Position numbers and translations under genes: made by a program. Below, piece by piece: positions 27,514 through 36,963 of a DNA stretch of 64,000 bases (positions are counted from its first letter, which is position 1; each line of letters starts with the position of its first letter). The notes below the pieces were generated by a model that worked only from the letters and a program-made list of their open reading frames with translations, had not been told where the DNA came from and made no database searches. Source of the stretch: Escherichia phage vB_Eco_mar004NP2; the sequence record OR896837.1. One strand, written 5' to 3'.

Positions 27514-28158
27514 TTGTGATACTAATTGTACCTTTAATTGCTCAAGCTCTTTCTCTAGATCTTCAATCCGTTTAATAAGATCTTGCACAACATGCATAGT
27601 GTCAAGAAGCATTGGAGTTGTATCTAATTCCTTTTGCTCCTGCTCTATTCCGTCATCATTATAAAATTTTCTAGTTTTTACATAAAGTGGTTCTATAGTC
27701 TCTACTTGCTGAGCAATAACCCCACGTCGGACACGAGATTTTTCATCGTTATTATATACAAAGGATTGGAATTCTAATCCTTTTAATACCTCGATGGACT
27801 TAGTTGCGTCTATAGCCTTAATATCATGCTTTAAGCGAGAATCAGATACAGCATTTAATTGCAAAGTATAGGTTGCTGAAGCACCTGGCCACCAAGAATA
27901 AAAATAAATACTATTATTATTCGGCTGAATTTTTAAACGCACACCAAATTTATTATCATCATCTCCCGCTACCTGCCAACAAGAATCTGCAAATGAGCCT
28001 AAGTCATTATGAATTAATCCAAAATGTGCAGATGTCTTATACCCTGCGGAAGAAGACTGGGAACCGCTCAATATACTATTAAAGTTAAATGTACTACCTA
28101 TATTGACCTCGTTCTGAGAAAGAGTACCTTGTACCCAGCCAGTCTGAGACCACGCCAT
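27511..28158 (-). CDS. Tail-fibre C-terminal segment with intramolecular-chaperone (S74-type) domain; likely 3' part of a frameshift-split fibre gene
   Basis: SDSRLKHDIKAI autocleavage-type motif then coiled-coil C-terminus; 17 open in-frame codons upstream of the ATG. Confidence 0.6.
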   Translation of the reverse strand: MAWSQTGWVQGTLSQNEVNIGSTFNFNSILSGSQSSSAGYKTSAHFGLIHNDLGSFADSCWQVAGDDDNKFGVRLKIQPNNNSIYFYSWWPGASATYTLQLNAVSDSRLKHDIKAIDATKSIEVLKGLEFQSFVYNNDEKSRVRRGVIAQQVETIEPLYVKTRKFYNDDGIEQEQKELDTTPMLLDTMHVVQDLIKRIEDLEKELEQLKVQLVSQ

Positions 28159-28177
28159 GCCAGTAACTAATCTAGCT

Positions 28178-28927
28178 TTAAAACGATCCGTTACAAAATC
28201 CCCATTTATCTACAAGCTGGGCGGAATTCGATTTACCGGTAGATTTATTGTCTATTAGTAGTTCAGTAGAGTAGGTGCCACCAATAGTAGCTTTAGCTCG
28301 TAGTGTACTTACAGCCTCACTACTAGTACCTACTTTATACTCAGATAGTACACTCCCGCCATAAACAGTAGTACCAGTATTAGGTTTGACAGCATCACCA
28401 CTAATAACACTCCACGAAGTCTTTGCAGCCACGAACCCACCAGAAGCACGGATTACCCAGACACCTATAAAGCTGTTTGGAATAATAGTACCTTTTATTC
28501 CATAACGCCCATAAACAGGGTCCGCTAAGTTTGCATCAAAACTAAATCCGTATTGGTTATCAGGATTAACTACGGCGAATGATTTAGATGCACCTCCAGG
28601 AGCGGCACCTAAGCCGTTTTCACCACCAATCGCCCCAATAAGACCAAATCTAGATGAATATCTATTAAGCGCTTCTTCATATGCACCAGCAATAGCGCCA
28701 GGAAAACTACCAGTAATATTGGGTGCTGCAGCTTCTGATATTGAACCAGCTTGACCAGCATCCCCCCCCCCCCCACCGTCACCACGAGCGAATAACCCTT
28801 TGATTGAATTTAGTTGCACACCATTACGATCTGGGACGCGGAAAGTAGTGGTACCATCTCCCGTAGAATATTTCCCACGTTGTCCTACATCTGCTAACCA
28901 AACTGAATCATCTATAGCTCCAACCAT
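28178..28927 (-). CDS. Tail-fibre middle segment with phage tail-collar-type domain and poly-Gly tract
   Basis: Frame is open a further 53 codons upstream of its first ATG with no start codon; the collar motif SDGQLLNRADWPELW lies upstream of the Met, TTFRVPDRNG downstream. Confidence 0.55.
   Translation of the reverse strand: MVGAIDDSVWLADVGQRGKYSTGDGTTTFRVPDRNGVQLNSIKGLFARGDGGGGGDAGQAGSISEAAAPNITGSFPGAIAGAYEEALNRYSSRFGLIGAIGGENGLGAAPGGASKSFAVVNPDNQYGFSFDANLADPVYGRYGIKGTIIPNSFIGVWVIRASGGFVAAKTSWSVISGDAVKPNTGTTVYGGSVLSEYKVGTSSEAVSTLRAKATIGGTYSTELLIDNKSTGKSNSAQLVDKWGFCNGSF
28762..28774. repeat. 13-nt C/G homopolymer inside the tail-fibre coding sequence
   Basis: Plus-strand C13 (G13 on coding strand) encoding GDGGGGGD in frame. 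Confidence 0.9.
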
Positions 28928-28986
28928 TTGTGCATACGCCCAAAGTTCAGGCCAGTCAGCCCTGTTAAGAAGCTGCCCATCAGAAA

Positions 28987-29283
28987 CTACCTCATAAGGT
29001 TGAATATACGCACGGCTATCTCGAAGATGAAAATCCCCACCCCGTAGTTCATAACACCATTCATTGTGGGTCCTACTGTGCCAGTATTAAGTTTGTTCTC
29101 CACCCAACGCTTAGTTGCGGCATCATAGTCACTAACAGGATCTCCAGCAAGAGGGGTAGATCCAATAGGACGCACATTTAGCCATGCTGCACGGTCTGCT
29201 AAGTCACTCAGGTTATTATTTTTATTAAGTGACTCATTTTTAAGTTTTGTAATATCCGTAGGAATTACTGTTTTAGTTACCAT
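28987..29283 (-). CDS. Tail-fibre N-terminal segment (frameshifted relative to the downstream collar-domain frame)
   Basis: Fibre-like N-terminus (DYDAATKRWVENKL); last ~15 residues look like out-of-frame read-through. Confidence 0.5.
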   Translation of the reverse strand: MVTKTVIPTDITKLKNESLNKNNNLSDLADRAAWLNVRPIGSTPLAGDPVSDYDAATKRWVENKLNTGTVGPTMNGVMNYGVGIFIFEIAVRIFNLMR

Positions 29284-29292
29284 TATAAAACC

Positions 29293-29571
29293 TTATGCCC
29301 ATACTCTAAGAGGCTGTTCTAGCTGAACTATAAAAGGCTCGAAGGATTCGTAAGTAAAGGATTCATCAAGAATCCTTACATTAATATAATACCCTTCATT
29401 ACGGATGCATCTAGGTTCCTCATCACCTAGCGGAGAGATTTCAGTATAAGTATATCCAATTTCGTCAAGCATTATTTGGTTTTGCAAATTTTCATTAGTA
29501 TCCCACTCTATTTTTAAGAGAAAATCTTTATATGCTGATTTATCCGTGAATTTTAGGATTATATCTCTCAT
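29293..29571 (-). CDS. Hypothetical protein between the two tail-fibre genes
   Basis: ORF track; ATGA overlap with upstream gene. Confidence 0.5.
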   Translation of the reverse strand: MRDIILKFTDKSAYKDFLLKIEWDTNENLQNQIMLDEIGYTYTEISPLGDEEPRCIRNEGYYINVRILDESFTYESFEPFIVQLEQPLRVWA

Positions 29572-31625
29572 ACATACTCCTTCATTTGTCTATCAGTTAG
29601 TTCCTTATGCCAGATTCTAAAGTTTCTAACGTGCCCGAAAAGATGACGTTCGCCCCTAGTTGTTTGTCCTCCAATCCTTATAGTAGCCGTTGATTGTATG
29701 TATCTCCATTCCGTTTTTGTTTCGCTTGATATTCTGGCATTACTTACACAGCAAGTATTGTAATCACTCTTTACTCTCATTCCCATGATCATCTTTTTTA
29801 GTTTTGCATTCTCGTAAACCCTTCTGTTTGATTTACCTATATCGCAATAAGGGAAACCATCATTATCGCCTTCGGCAGATCCGAAAGCAAGAATAATAGC
29901 CGCTTCGGTTTGATGACCTCTGGTATCAAAAACACGTGGCGCTGCACTTGGCGTTATACTCCAGTTTTTATGAGCTTCCACAAGTACTGTAAACGGCAAA
30001 TTGTAAAGGTTGTTTTTTATTGGTAATGTGACCATATCGCTTGCCCGTGTTACTGGAGTCTCTTCTGTAATAATAAACGATGAAGCGCACGCCCCGCCTT
30101 CAACTTGAGGGGTAGCTACCTGTAAGTACTCTCCACCAGAATAAGTGCCAGGTGAAACAGGTGGAGCAATTTGGATCTGAGAGCTAACCATATTATCAAT
30201 AGCTTCAGATTGATATGTAACCTCGAAATAAATCCATCCATTAGATTCTTTCTCCGCTCGGGCGGTTATTCTTGCAGCCCCTACTTCCGTTTTTCTAATG
30301 GACATATCTGTTATATTAAGATATGCATCTGCTAGATAAAAATATGCGGATCCGTCATATCTTTCAAATCTTATACGACATTGTATATTAGCACTATCGC
30401 TTTTTACACGACATGATGTTGTAACATACTTTTCAGTTCCGGTAACATCGACACCTCTTCCTCCTGAAATCGCAGCGATATTCATTGCCGTATTTGTCCC
30501 AATTTTTTCGTCCTTTATTTGAAACCGCCCATAAGTAAATCCAAACTCATCAACACCACTTTCTGTTATAGTTACACTTGTTGTAGCTTCCCACTTAGAT
30601 GGCGTAAGTGAGTTAAGATGATAGTTAGTTCTTTGCCCCTCAATGAGCAAACCATCCTTTTCAAATCTAGGTTCATTAATCCCCGCAACAGTTAATACAC
30701 CTGATTTATTAATATATGTCGCAGTTGATGCACGTGTAAAGCTAACAATCTTGTCACTGGGCAGTGTTATTTCCTCATCACCGACTGTTATTTTTTTTTT
30801 ATAGTCTGGCGCAAAGCCGGTGATCATATCTAGAGAATCGTTAAACGGTATCCATACATCTGGAAGAGGTTGAATGTCGGGGGTAGAATTAGCAGCAGCT
30901 TCTGATCTATCAGCCTCAGTTTTTGAACGATCGGCTTCAGTTTTAGCAGTATTAGCACTATTAGCAGCATTAGTAGCTTGTTTTCCTGCTTCAGTAGCAG
31001 AATTAGCAGCACTAGTTGCAGAATTAGCAGCTTGGTTTTTTAGCGTGGTAGTTTCTGTTATCGCGCTATTCTTAATGCCTTGTGTGTCTGTTTTTAACTG
31101 CGCAACATCTGCCTTTATAGCTGTTGTCTCTGTTACAGCACTGTTTTTAATGGCCTGAGTATCTGATTTTAGCTGCTCAACATCTGATTTTAAGCCTTGA
31201 ATAGTAGTTACTGACTGACTAGCTGAAGTTGCGGAACTAGCTGCGTTATTCTCACTAGCTTTGGCTTTAGTCTCACTAGCTTTGGCTTTAGTCTCACTAG
31301 CTTTTGCATTAGTCTCGGATACTTTAGCAGCGGATGCAGATGTTGCAGCTTGTCTAGCGAATGTTTCTGCTTCATCCCTAAAACCTTTAGAATTGGCAGC
31401 AGACGCAGCAGCATTAGTCTCACTAATTTTAGCGTTAGTTTCGCTAATTTTTGCAGCCGCAGCAGATTTAGCAGCAGCCTCTATAGAAGATACTAACTCA
31501 TTAGCAGTAATAGAGCTAATAGAATTTCCAAGAGTTACTGTGTATCTAGGAAATTTACTAGCAGTAGCTTTAGTATCATCAATATTTAATATTTGTTGTA
31601 CAATAATCTTAGTAGTTATTGCCAT
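29568..31625 (-). CDS. L-shaped tail fibre protein (T5 pb1-like N-terminus, Ala/Ser/Thr-rich repeat shaft, distinct C-terminal domain)
   Basis: N-terminus resembles T5 pb1 as remembered; repeat shaft SETNAKASETKAKASETKAKASE; 685 aa, far shorter than T5 pb1. Confidence 0.7.
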   Translation of the reverse strand: MAITTKIIVQQILNIDDTKATASKFPRYTVTLGNSISSITANELVSSIEAAAKSAAAAKISETNAKISETNAAASAANSKGFRDEAETFARQAATSASAAKVSETNAKASETKAKASETKAKASENNAASSATSASQSVTTIQGLKSDVEQLKSDTQAIKNSAVTETTAIKADVAQLKTDTQGIKNSAITETTTLKNQAANSATSAANSATEAGKQATNAANSANTAKTEADRSKTEADRSEAAANSTPDIQPLPDVWIPFNDSLDMITGFAPDYKKKITVGDEEITLPSDKIVSFTRASTATYINKSGVLTVAGINEPRFEKDGLLIEGQRTNYHLNSLTPSKWEATTSVTITESGVDEFGFTYGRFQIKDEKIGTNTAMNIAAISGGRGVDVTGTEKYVTTSCRVKSDSANIQCRIRFERYDGSAYFYLADAYLNITDMSIRKTEVGAARITARAEKESNGWIYFEVTYQSEAIDNMVSSQIQIAPPVSPGTYSGGEYLQVATPQVEGGACASSFIITEETPVTRASDMVTLPIKNNLYNLPFTVLVEAHKNWSITPSAAPRVFDTRGHQTEAAIILAFGSAEGDNDGFPYCDIGKSNRRVYENAKLKKMIMGMRVKSDYNTCCVSNARISSETKTEWRYIQSTATIRIGGQTTRGERHLFGHVRNFRIWHKELTDRQMKEYV
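31251..31313. repeat. Three tandem 21-bp repeats inside the tail-fibre gene
   Basis: ctcactagctttggctttagt x2 plus a degenerate third copy; encodes the KASETKA heptad-like repeats. Confidence 0.7.
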
Positions 31626-32047
31626 TATCTAGTTACCCCATCACTGATAAATACTTTACCCTCCATTATACGAAAAGAGCTAATAGCTGATCCTATGACA
31701 TCTCGTGTCATAATTATATCATAGTATCCTGCAAAACGTTGGCGAGGGTTATACTTATCTCTCTCTTTGGTAGCTTTTTCACCAATATTATCTACCGCCT
31801 CTACAGGTAAACTTATAGCTATAGCACCTTGAGCAGCATCAATAATTTTAGTAGTAAAAGATGCCAAAGTTTCCGCGTTCTCATCAAGCCCCGCCTTTAT
31901 AGTACCCCTTAGGGAATACCCTGTTAAGTTAACAGGGGTATTTGTAGGTGGATAAGTACTATCATCAACATCTAAGAATTGCATCATTAGACCATAAGGT
32001 ACTTTTTCATCTATTACTAAGTCTATAACTCTATTTTCAGTACTCAT
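31625..32047 (-). CDS. Tail collar protein (T5 p132-like by size and position)
   Basis: 140 aa, immediately upstream of the L-shaped fibre gene. Confidence 0.55.
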   Translation of the reverse strand: MSTENRVIDLVIDEKVPYGLMMQFLDVDDSTYPPTNTPVNLTGYSLRGTIKAGLDENAETLASFTTKIIDAAQGAIAISLPVEAVDNIGEKATKERDKYNPRQRFAGYYDIIMTRDVIGSAISSFRIMEGKVFISDGVTR

Positions 32048-32053
32048 TATTTA

Positions 32054-34126
32054 TTACCTTATATGGATATACCCACTATTTAGGTCTATCTTCATCTTGT
32101 AGTATGCCTCAGGGTTTACCGATAATGCAGCATTCTTATCATAAATGATGTTAACACCGATCTGAGATAAGAAAGCATTTCCTGCTACAATTTTATCTGC
32201 CGTCACCGTCCCATTAACAATCATGTTTCCATGGAGAACCATTGCAGGGTTAACCCAACCAGACCCGTTCCATTGCCTTGTAAATGCTGATTGGGGGGCA
32301 TTACTATTAAATTCAGTTAATACATCGTATTTAACTGGTGGAGAACCGAAGTTACTTTGAAAGAAGGAATTAGCTTGTCCATCATCCCAACCACCTAAAC
32401 CTGCTATACCTACAGAATACATCCCAGGACCACGTTGTCCATCATGCCCTATAGTACCTTCAGTACCACTCCACTGAACTACATCCGACCAGCTAGTACC
32501 CTCTAATAACCTATTAGTAACTGGATCAAGCGTACCTGTAGTGGTATAGATATTTTGTGTCATATCTGTACGGTTAGGTGGAGTTTTTGACCAACCAGGA
32601 GGCGGATAATCTTGTTCTAGTGGTTTAGCAGGTAGAGATGTTGCTAACTTATAAACAAATACTGTTTGCTTACCTTGCATACCAGTACCCAGATCTACAT
32701 CGCCATTAGGAGTTCCAATAACTACTCCACTAGAAATACGTAGCACATCACCATCATAACGTATCCATTGTGTGGCGTTACCAATGTCTAGTTTAGCTTT
32801 GGCAGAAGTATTATCCATACCCATCCAAATACCGGAGTTATTATCACCCCAAGATTTACCTTGAGTGTAAATTGCTGGATTATCCTTACCAGATAAGTTA
32901 GTCATGATAAAGTTCGCAGCATTAATATCTCTAGTAATTACTTTACCATCAACGTTAACAACACGGTTTATAGGGTCAAAAGAAATAGGTGCTTTTCCTT
33001 CTTCATCTAGCAGACCAATGTTAATAGCACCAGTAGCTGCGTCGATTAAGAATGTCTGTCTCCAGATTTCTCCATCTTTCATGCTGCCCTTAATAAAGGC
33101 ATAGTTAACATCAATACCAGTCTCATTGACAAAGCTGTTGTCTAGAGGAGTATCTTCATTAAGTATAAACGTTACAGGAGCTGATTCTGCTATATCTTGC
33201 TTATTTGGTCCCCAGGCAATTGATGATACCTTAAAAGTATGCTCAACTTTCCATGGGAATGATATAATCGTTGCGGCTCTGGCAGCACCAACGTTTATCT
33301 TTTGAGCTTTAGCCCAGCCAGTCTTAGAATATTCTTCAGAGTTTATATAAGTAACCAGAAATTCACGGACATTAGCACCAGCACCACGTTCCCAGTCCCA
33401 CTCTATTCTAACATCATATCGTTCCTTACCGTCTGCGATTCGTGCAGCTTTAAAGTCAATGTTAGTAGGTGCAGTAGGTGGTACGAAATTATAAGCTACA
33501 GTGAAAACGCTAGGATATTCATAATAGCCAGATGAGTCAACTGTAACACCATCTGGCATAGTAACTTGACCAGATATTCTGATCTTATAGTTGCCAACAG
33601 GAACACCACCAAATTTGATAGTAGGTCCCAGTGCTCCTATGTAATATTTAACCCATTCACTATCTTCTGATGCAGTACTTTTTAATTCAATAGTGCAGTA
33701 ACTAGCCTCACCAGCAGTCTCTACAACAACTATTGGAGCACCAACACCAACGTCAACGGGTTCTGATTCAGATCTTGCTGCAGTAATTATTGGCTTTTCC
33801 TTTGTTCTAAAGTTAGTTTCATTAGAGAGGTTGATACCAATCTTAGCTTCTAGTAACTCTGAGTCAATAATTGAGTCATAGAAAGCCCCCTGAATCTCAT
33901 AGGAGGTAGAGGGGGTTAAATTATTAATCATTACGAAGAAAGTATCTATACCGGTGTAATCACGTCTATCTATACTTTCTCCTATTTTTAACCAAAAAGA
34001 TCTACCAATAACATCATAATCAGTATAAATGGAGTGCTGGACATAAGCCAAAGTATATCCAGTCATTATACTATTTAAGACCATTTTGGCTGGTGCATTA
34101 TTTGAAATCATTAAATGGATGCCCAC
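32054..34126 (-). CDS. Central straight-fibre / tail-tip protein (T5 pb4-like)
   Basis: 690 aa, position between pb3-like and collar genes. Confidence 0.65.
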   Translation of the reverse strand: MGIHLMISNNAPAKMVLNSIMTGYTLAYVQHSIYTDYDVIGRSFWLKIGESIDRRDYTGIDTFFVMINNLTPSTSYEIQGAFYDSIIDSELLEAKIGINLSNETNFRTKEKPIITAARSESEPVDVGVGAPIVVVETAGEASYCTIELKSTASEDSEWVKYYIGALGPTIKFGGVPVGNYKIRISGQVTMPDGVTVDSSGYYEYPSVFTVAYNFVPPTAPTNIDFKAARIADGKERYDVRIEWDWERGAGANVREFLVTYINSEEYSKTGWAKAQKINVGAARAATIISFPWKVEHTFKVSSIAWGPNKQDIAESAPVTFILNEDTPLDNSFVNETGIDVNYAFIKGSMKDGEIWRQTFLIDAATGAINIGLLDEEGKAPISFDPINRVVNVDGKVITRDINAANFIMTNLSGKDNPAIYTQGKSWGDNNSGIWMGMDNTSAKAKLDIGNATQWIRYDGDVLRISSGVVIGTPNGDVDLGTGMQGKQTVFVYKLATSLPAKPLEQDYPPPGWSKTPPNRTDMTQNIYTTTGTLDPVTNRLLEGTSWSDVVQWSGTEGTIGHDGQRGPGMYSVGIAGLGGWDDGQANSFFQSNFGSPPVKYDVLTEFNSNAPQSAFTRQWNGSGWVNPAMVLHGNMIVNGTVTADKIVAGNAFLSQIGVNIIYDKNAALSVNPEAYYKMKIDLNSGYIHIR

Positions 34127-36963
34127 TCCACAGACTGTTCTCCATCATCCCCTTCAGCCCTAATACGAAAATACAATTTTCTATTTATACCTAGAGCACC
34201 GCTGTTCTGGAGAGCAAAGTCTGCCTTATTATATGTTAATAAATAGTCATAAGTATACTGATTTTCAATACGTACACTTCTTAACATCCTATTTTGCGAA
34301 TCGTGTATTTCAAGTGTATAAAATATACTCTCTATTATATCTTCTTCAGGTATTTTATCCCAAGCTAGTTTTACATCTGGGCCAACAAACTCAGTTACAT
34401 CTCCAGAAGCAGTATTAGTTACCATAAAATTAGATACTACACTAAGGTTTTTAGCAGAGTTAAGTTCTATAGACAGAGTCACCGGGGAACTTCTTCTACC
34501 ATTAATATCTACTGCTCTTATCTCAAATATAGCCAGACCTGCTGGTTCCCCAATTATTTCTTGGATCATACGTTCGTTAGGATTGGTCTCTAACTGTTGT
34601 ACTATGTAAGGTTCGGCATGGCCTGAGTGCACAATAGAGTAATAAACTACATTATTGGTTAGACTCGGAAGCCAGGATAACTCACCATTTTTACCTATAG
34701 AACCAACTAAGCCATCAGGTGGCTTAGGAGTATACTTAAAATCTCTAGGAGGAAGAACGTTGTTACTAATATCTGGTATATCATTACCACTATTATCTAT
34801 TTGATCAGAGTTGATGAATACATCTTTTCCATACTCCTGTAGAGTAACATTTATCTTTCCTTCCCTAGAGTTTTCGACTTCATCTACTAAAAAGTACTTC
34901 TTATCCCATCCGTAACGGTCGTATGTAAATGCAATAGCATCATTAGGCTCAATACCAATGAATTGATATGGTAAAGAAAATGAGAGGGTTCTAGAATACC
35001 TAGATTTCTTAAGTTCTCTGTCTGCAAAACTTCTAGCAGTATAGTAGTTAGTTATATTTGCAAAAGATAATTGTAATTTTTTGTCTAGGTTCTTGTCCTG
35101 TTCCTTATACTTGGAGTTATAGAATGTAATGGAATTAGTTTTCCAGCTAAGGGCTGGATCTACGATAGATGCTTGAACTGAGTTGAATTTATTTCTACCA
35201 GTAGTATCTGATAGCTCCAAATCACCGTAAGTATCTAGAAAATTAATCTCTAATGGAGTATTAGAGTATTTTTCTACAGTAATCCTGTACTGGCCAGATA
35301 AGTTGTTAATAGCCCCACCGTAGGACTCTAATAAACCTTGCACATTTTTAAATACTGATTCAGATGTATCCAGAATAGTATTCATTTGTACTATTTGTCT
35401 ATTTTCTGCTAGTGGATCAGTCCACCCAACGTATCTCCAATATGGCTGCCAAGATACCTGATAGGATTCATCTATAATATCTAAAATAGCTGCTTCCTGT
35501 ATTAATTGCTGAAGAGGGAACTGATCAATGGTAATATTAGCACCGTATCTATCGGAGGTTAAGTAGTCAAGTGTTTGCCAAATACCATTTAAACTAGTAC
35601 TATTAGCAGTTACTCTACCATCAGAATGATAGACTTTTACTTTTTTACCTTGAATTTCAGCACTAACTTCAGGAATCTCAGTCCTATTTTCATTAATAGT
35701 GAAGCGCACCACTGCGTATGCAGTATCTAGTAGTTTATACCTAGCATCCCAGTACTCCGGTCCATTGCCATTCATATTCTGAAGGTAGAACCCACGTTCT
35801 TTCGCTATGTCTACTAATACTTCAGAAGCCGTTTGATCAGCTTTTCCATGATAAGTCCAAATCCTTATATCACCATTACCATCATTATACTTATATTCCT
35901 GACCATGCACAGAAGGACTACTAGAAGATATTCCTGATGCTATTCTTTGCATGGTGTCTCCTGCTACTTTTTTAACACCGAAACAGGTTCTAGCAGAGCT
36001 ATCATTAGAGTCCATACAAATCATAGGGTTATCCCCGAAGGAAAAGTCAAGAAAACCGTCTATCTCCCCTTCAGCAAAGGCGTATACTACATAAACTATA
36101 TTAGGATTGTGTAGTTCCGTATCCGCAAAAATAGGTATTCCTGGTATTTTCTGTACACCATAAACTACTGGTATATACTTAGCAGCAAGGTTAAAATCTA
36201 TATCTACTTCTTTAGTAACAGTCTCATAATACTTTTTAAGACTATAGCTTCTAGATAGGCCAAATAGCTTTTTCTTAGACTTTAGCTTGTATCTCTCTTC
36301 CTGTACCTGATATTTTGCTAAAATAGAGATACTTTTATTAGCATGAAAGAACCCATAATCTTCTTGGTACTCAAGTCTTTTAGCCCCGTTAGATGGAACT
36401 AATTGCCCTGCTACAACCTCAAGCCCTCTATGAGAAGCATCATCAGTAAATCTACCGTTAACCCTATCAAAGTCATAGAATTGGTTAGAACAATTCCAAG
36501 TAATTGTGGAGGTTCCAACCCCAGAAGTACTAATGTTGTCCTTAATACCCCCACCGGTAATTCTCCCTCTAAAGTATAATAAAGGGCCATTTGTGTCTGG
36601 GTCTACAGGTAAAATAGAACCATCCTCTGTAATAATTGCTTGGTGGATTGTTACTATTCTATCTAAAAAGGACACACCATTCTGCACTAATTTCAGTACT
36701 TCATCCTGCGCTGTACCCGTAATAGTAAAAGATAGACTGCCAATAGATAAATCTCTATTTTGTTTATGTGTGCTAATGGACTTAACCTTACCGGCCTGGT
36801 ACAAAATACCATTATATAGTACATCTCTAAAATAATCAGTTAAATAAATAAAAGCAGTACTAGTACCAGTAGAGCCAGGTAATTCTAGGGAAATTAGACT
36901 AGCAGTTTTTATTCTGCTATTATTTTTTAAGTAGTTTCTAGCACTATCTAGTATTTTCTTCAT
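34111..36963 (-). CDS. Baseplate hub protein (T5 pb3-like)
   Basis: 950 aa, downstream of the Dit-like gene. Confidence 0.65.
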   Translation of the reverse strand: MKKILDSARNYLKNNSRIKTASLISLELPGSTGTSTAFIYLTDYFRDVLYNGILYQAGKVKSISTHKQNRDLSIGSLSFTITGTAQDEVLKLVQNGVSFLDRIVTIHQAIITEDGSILPVDPDTNGPLLYFRGRITGGGIKDNISTSGVGTSTITWNCSNQFYDFDRVNGRFTDDASHRGLEVVAGQLVPSNGAKRLEYQEDYGFFHANKSISILAKYQVQEERYKLKSKKKLFGLSRSYSLKKYYETVTKEVDIDFNLAAKYIPVVYGVQKIPGIPIFADTELHNPNIVYVVYAFAEGEIDGFLDFSFGDNPMICMDSNDSSARTCFGVKKVAGDTMQRIASGISSSSPSVHGQEYKYNDGNGDIRIWTYHGKADQTASEVLVDIAKERGFYLQNMNGNGPEYWDARYKLLDTAYAVVRFTINENRTEIPEVSAEIQGKKVKVYHSDGRVTANSTSLNGIWQTLDYLTSDRYGANITIDQFPLQQLIQEAAILDIIDESYQVSWQPYWRYVGWTDPLAENRQIVQMNTILDTSESVFKNVQGLLESYGGAINNLSGQYRITVEKYSNTPLEINFLDTYGDLELSDTTGRNKFNSVQASIVDPALSWKTNSITFYNSKYKEQDKNLDKKLQLSFANITNYYTARSFADRELKKSRYSRTLSFSLPYQFIGIEPNDAIAFTYDRYGWDKKYFLVDEVENSREGKINVTLQEYGKDVFINSDQIDNSGNDIPDISNNVLPPRDFKYTPKPPDGLVGSIGKNGELSWLPSLTNNVVYYSIVHSGHAEPYIVQQLETNPNERMIQEIIGEPAGLAIFEIRAVDINGRRSSPVTLSIELNSAKNLSVVSNFMVTNTASGDVTEFVGPDVKLAWDKIPEEDIIESIFYTLEIHDSQNRMLRSVRIENQYTYDYLLTYNKADFALQNSGALGINRKLYFRIRAEGDDGEQSVEWASI

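Noticed and set aside
28762-28774. Treating the C13/G13 tract as a CRISPR-like or simple-sequence repeat element
   Set aside because: It is a single homopolymer inside a coding frame, not an array; reported as a slippage-prone tract instead.
30830-31632. Several plus- and minus-strand ORFs (30874-31158, 31261-31632, 30830-31012, 31208-31423) overlapping the L-shaped fibre gene
   Set aside because: Low-complexity Ala/Leu/Val or Leu/Lys-rich translations generated by the tandem DNA repeats of the fibre shaft; antisense or out of frame to a well-supported gene; no SD.
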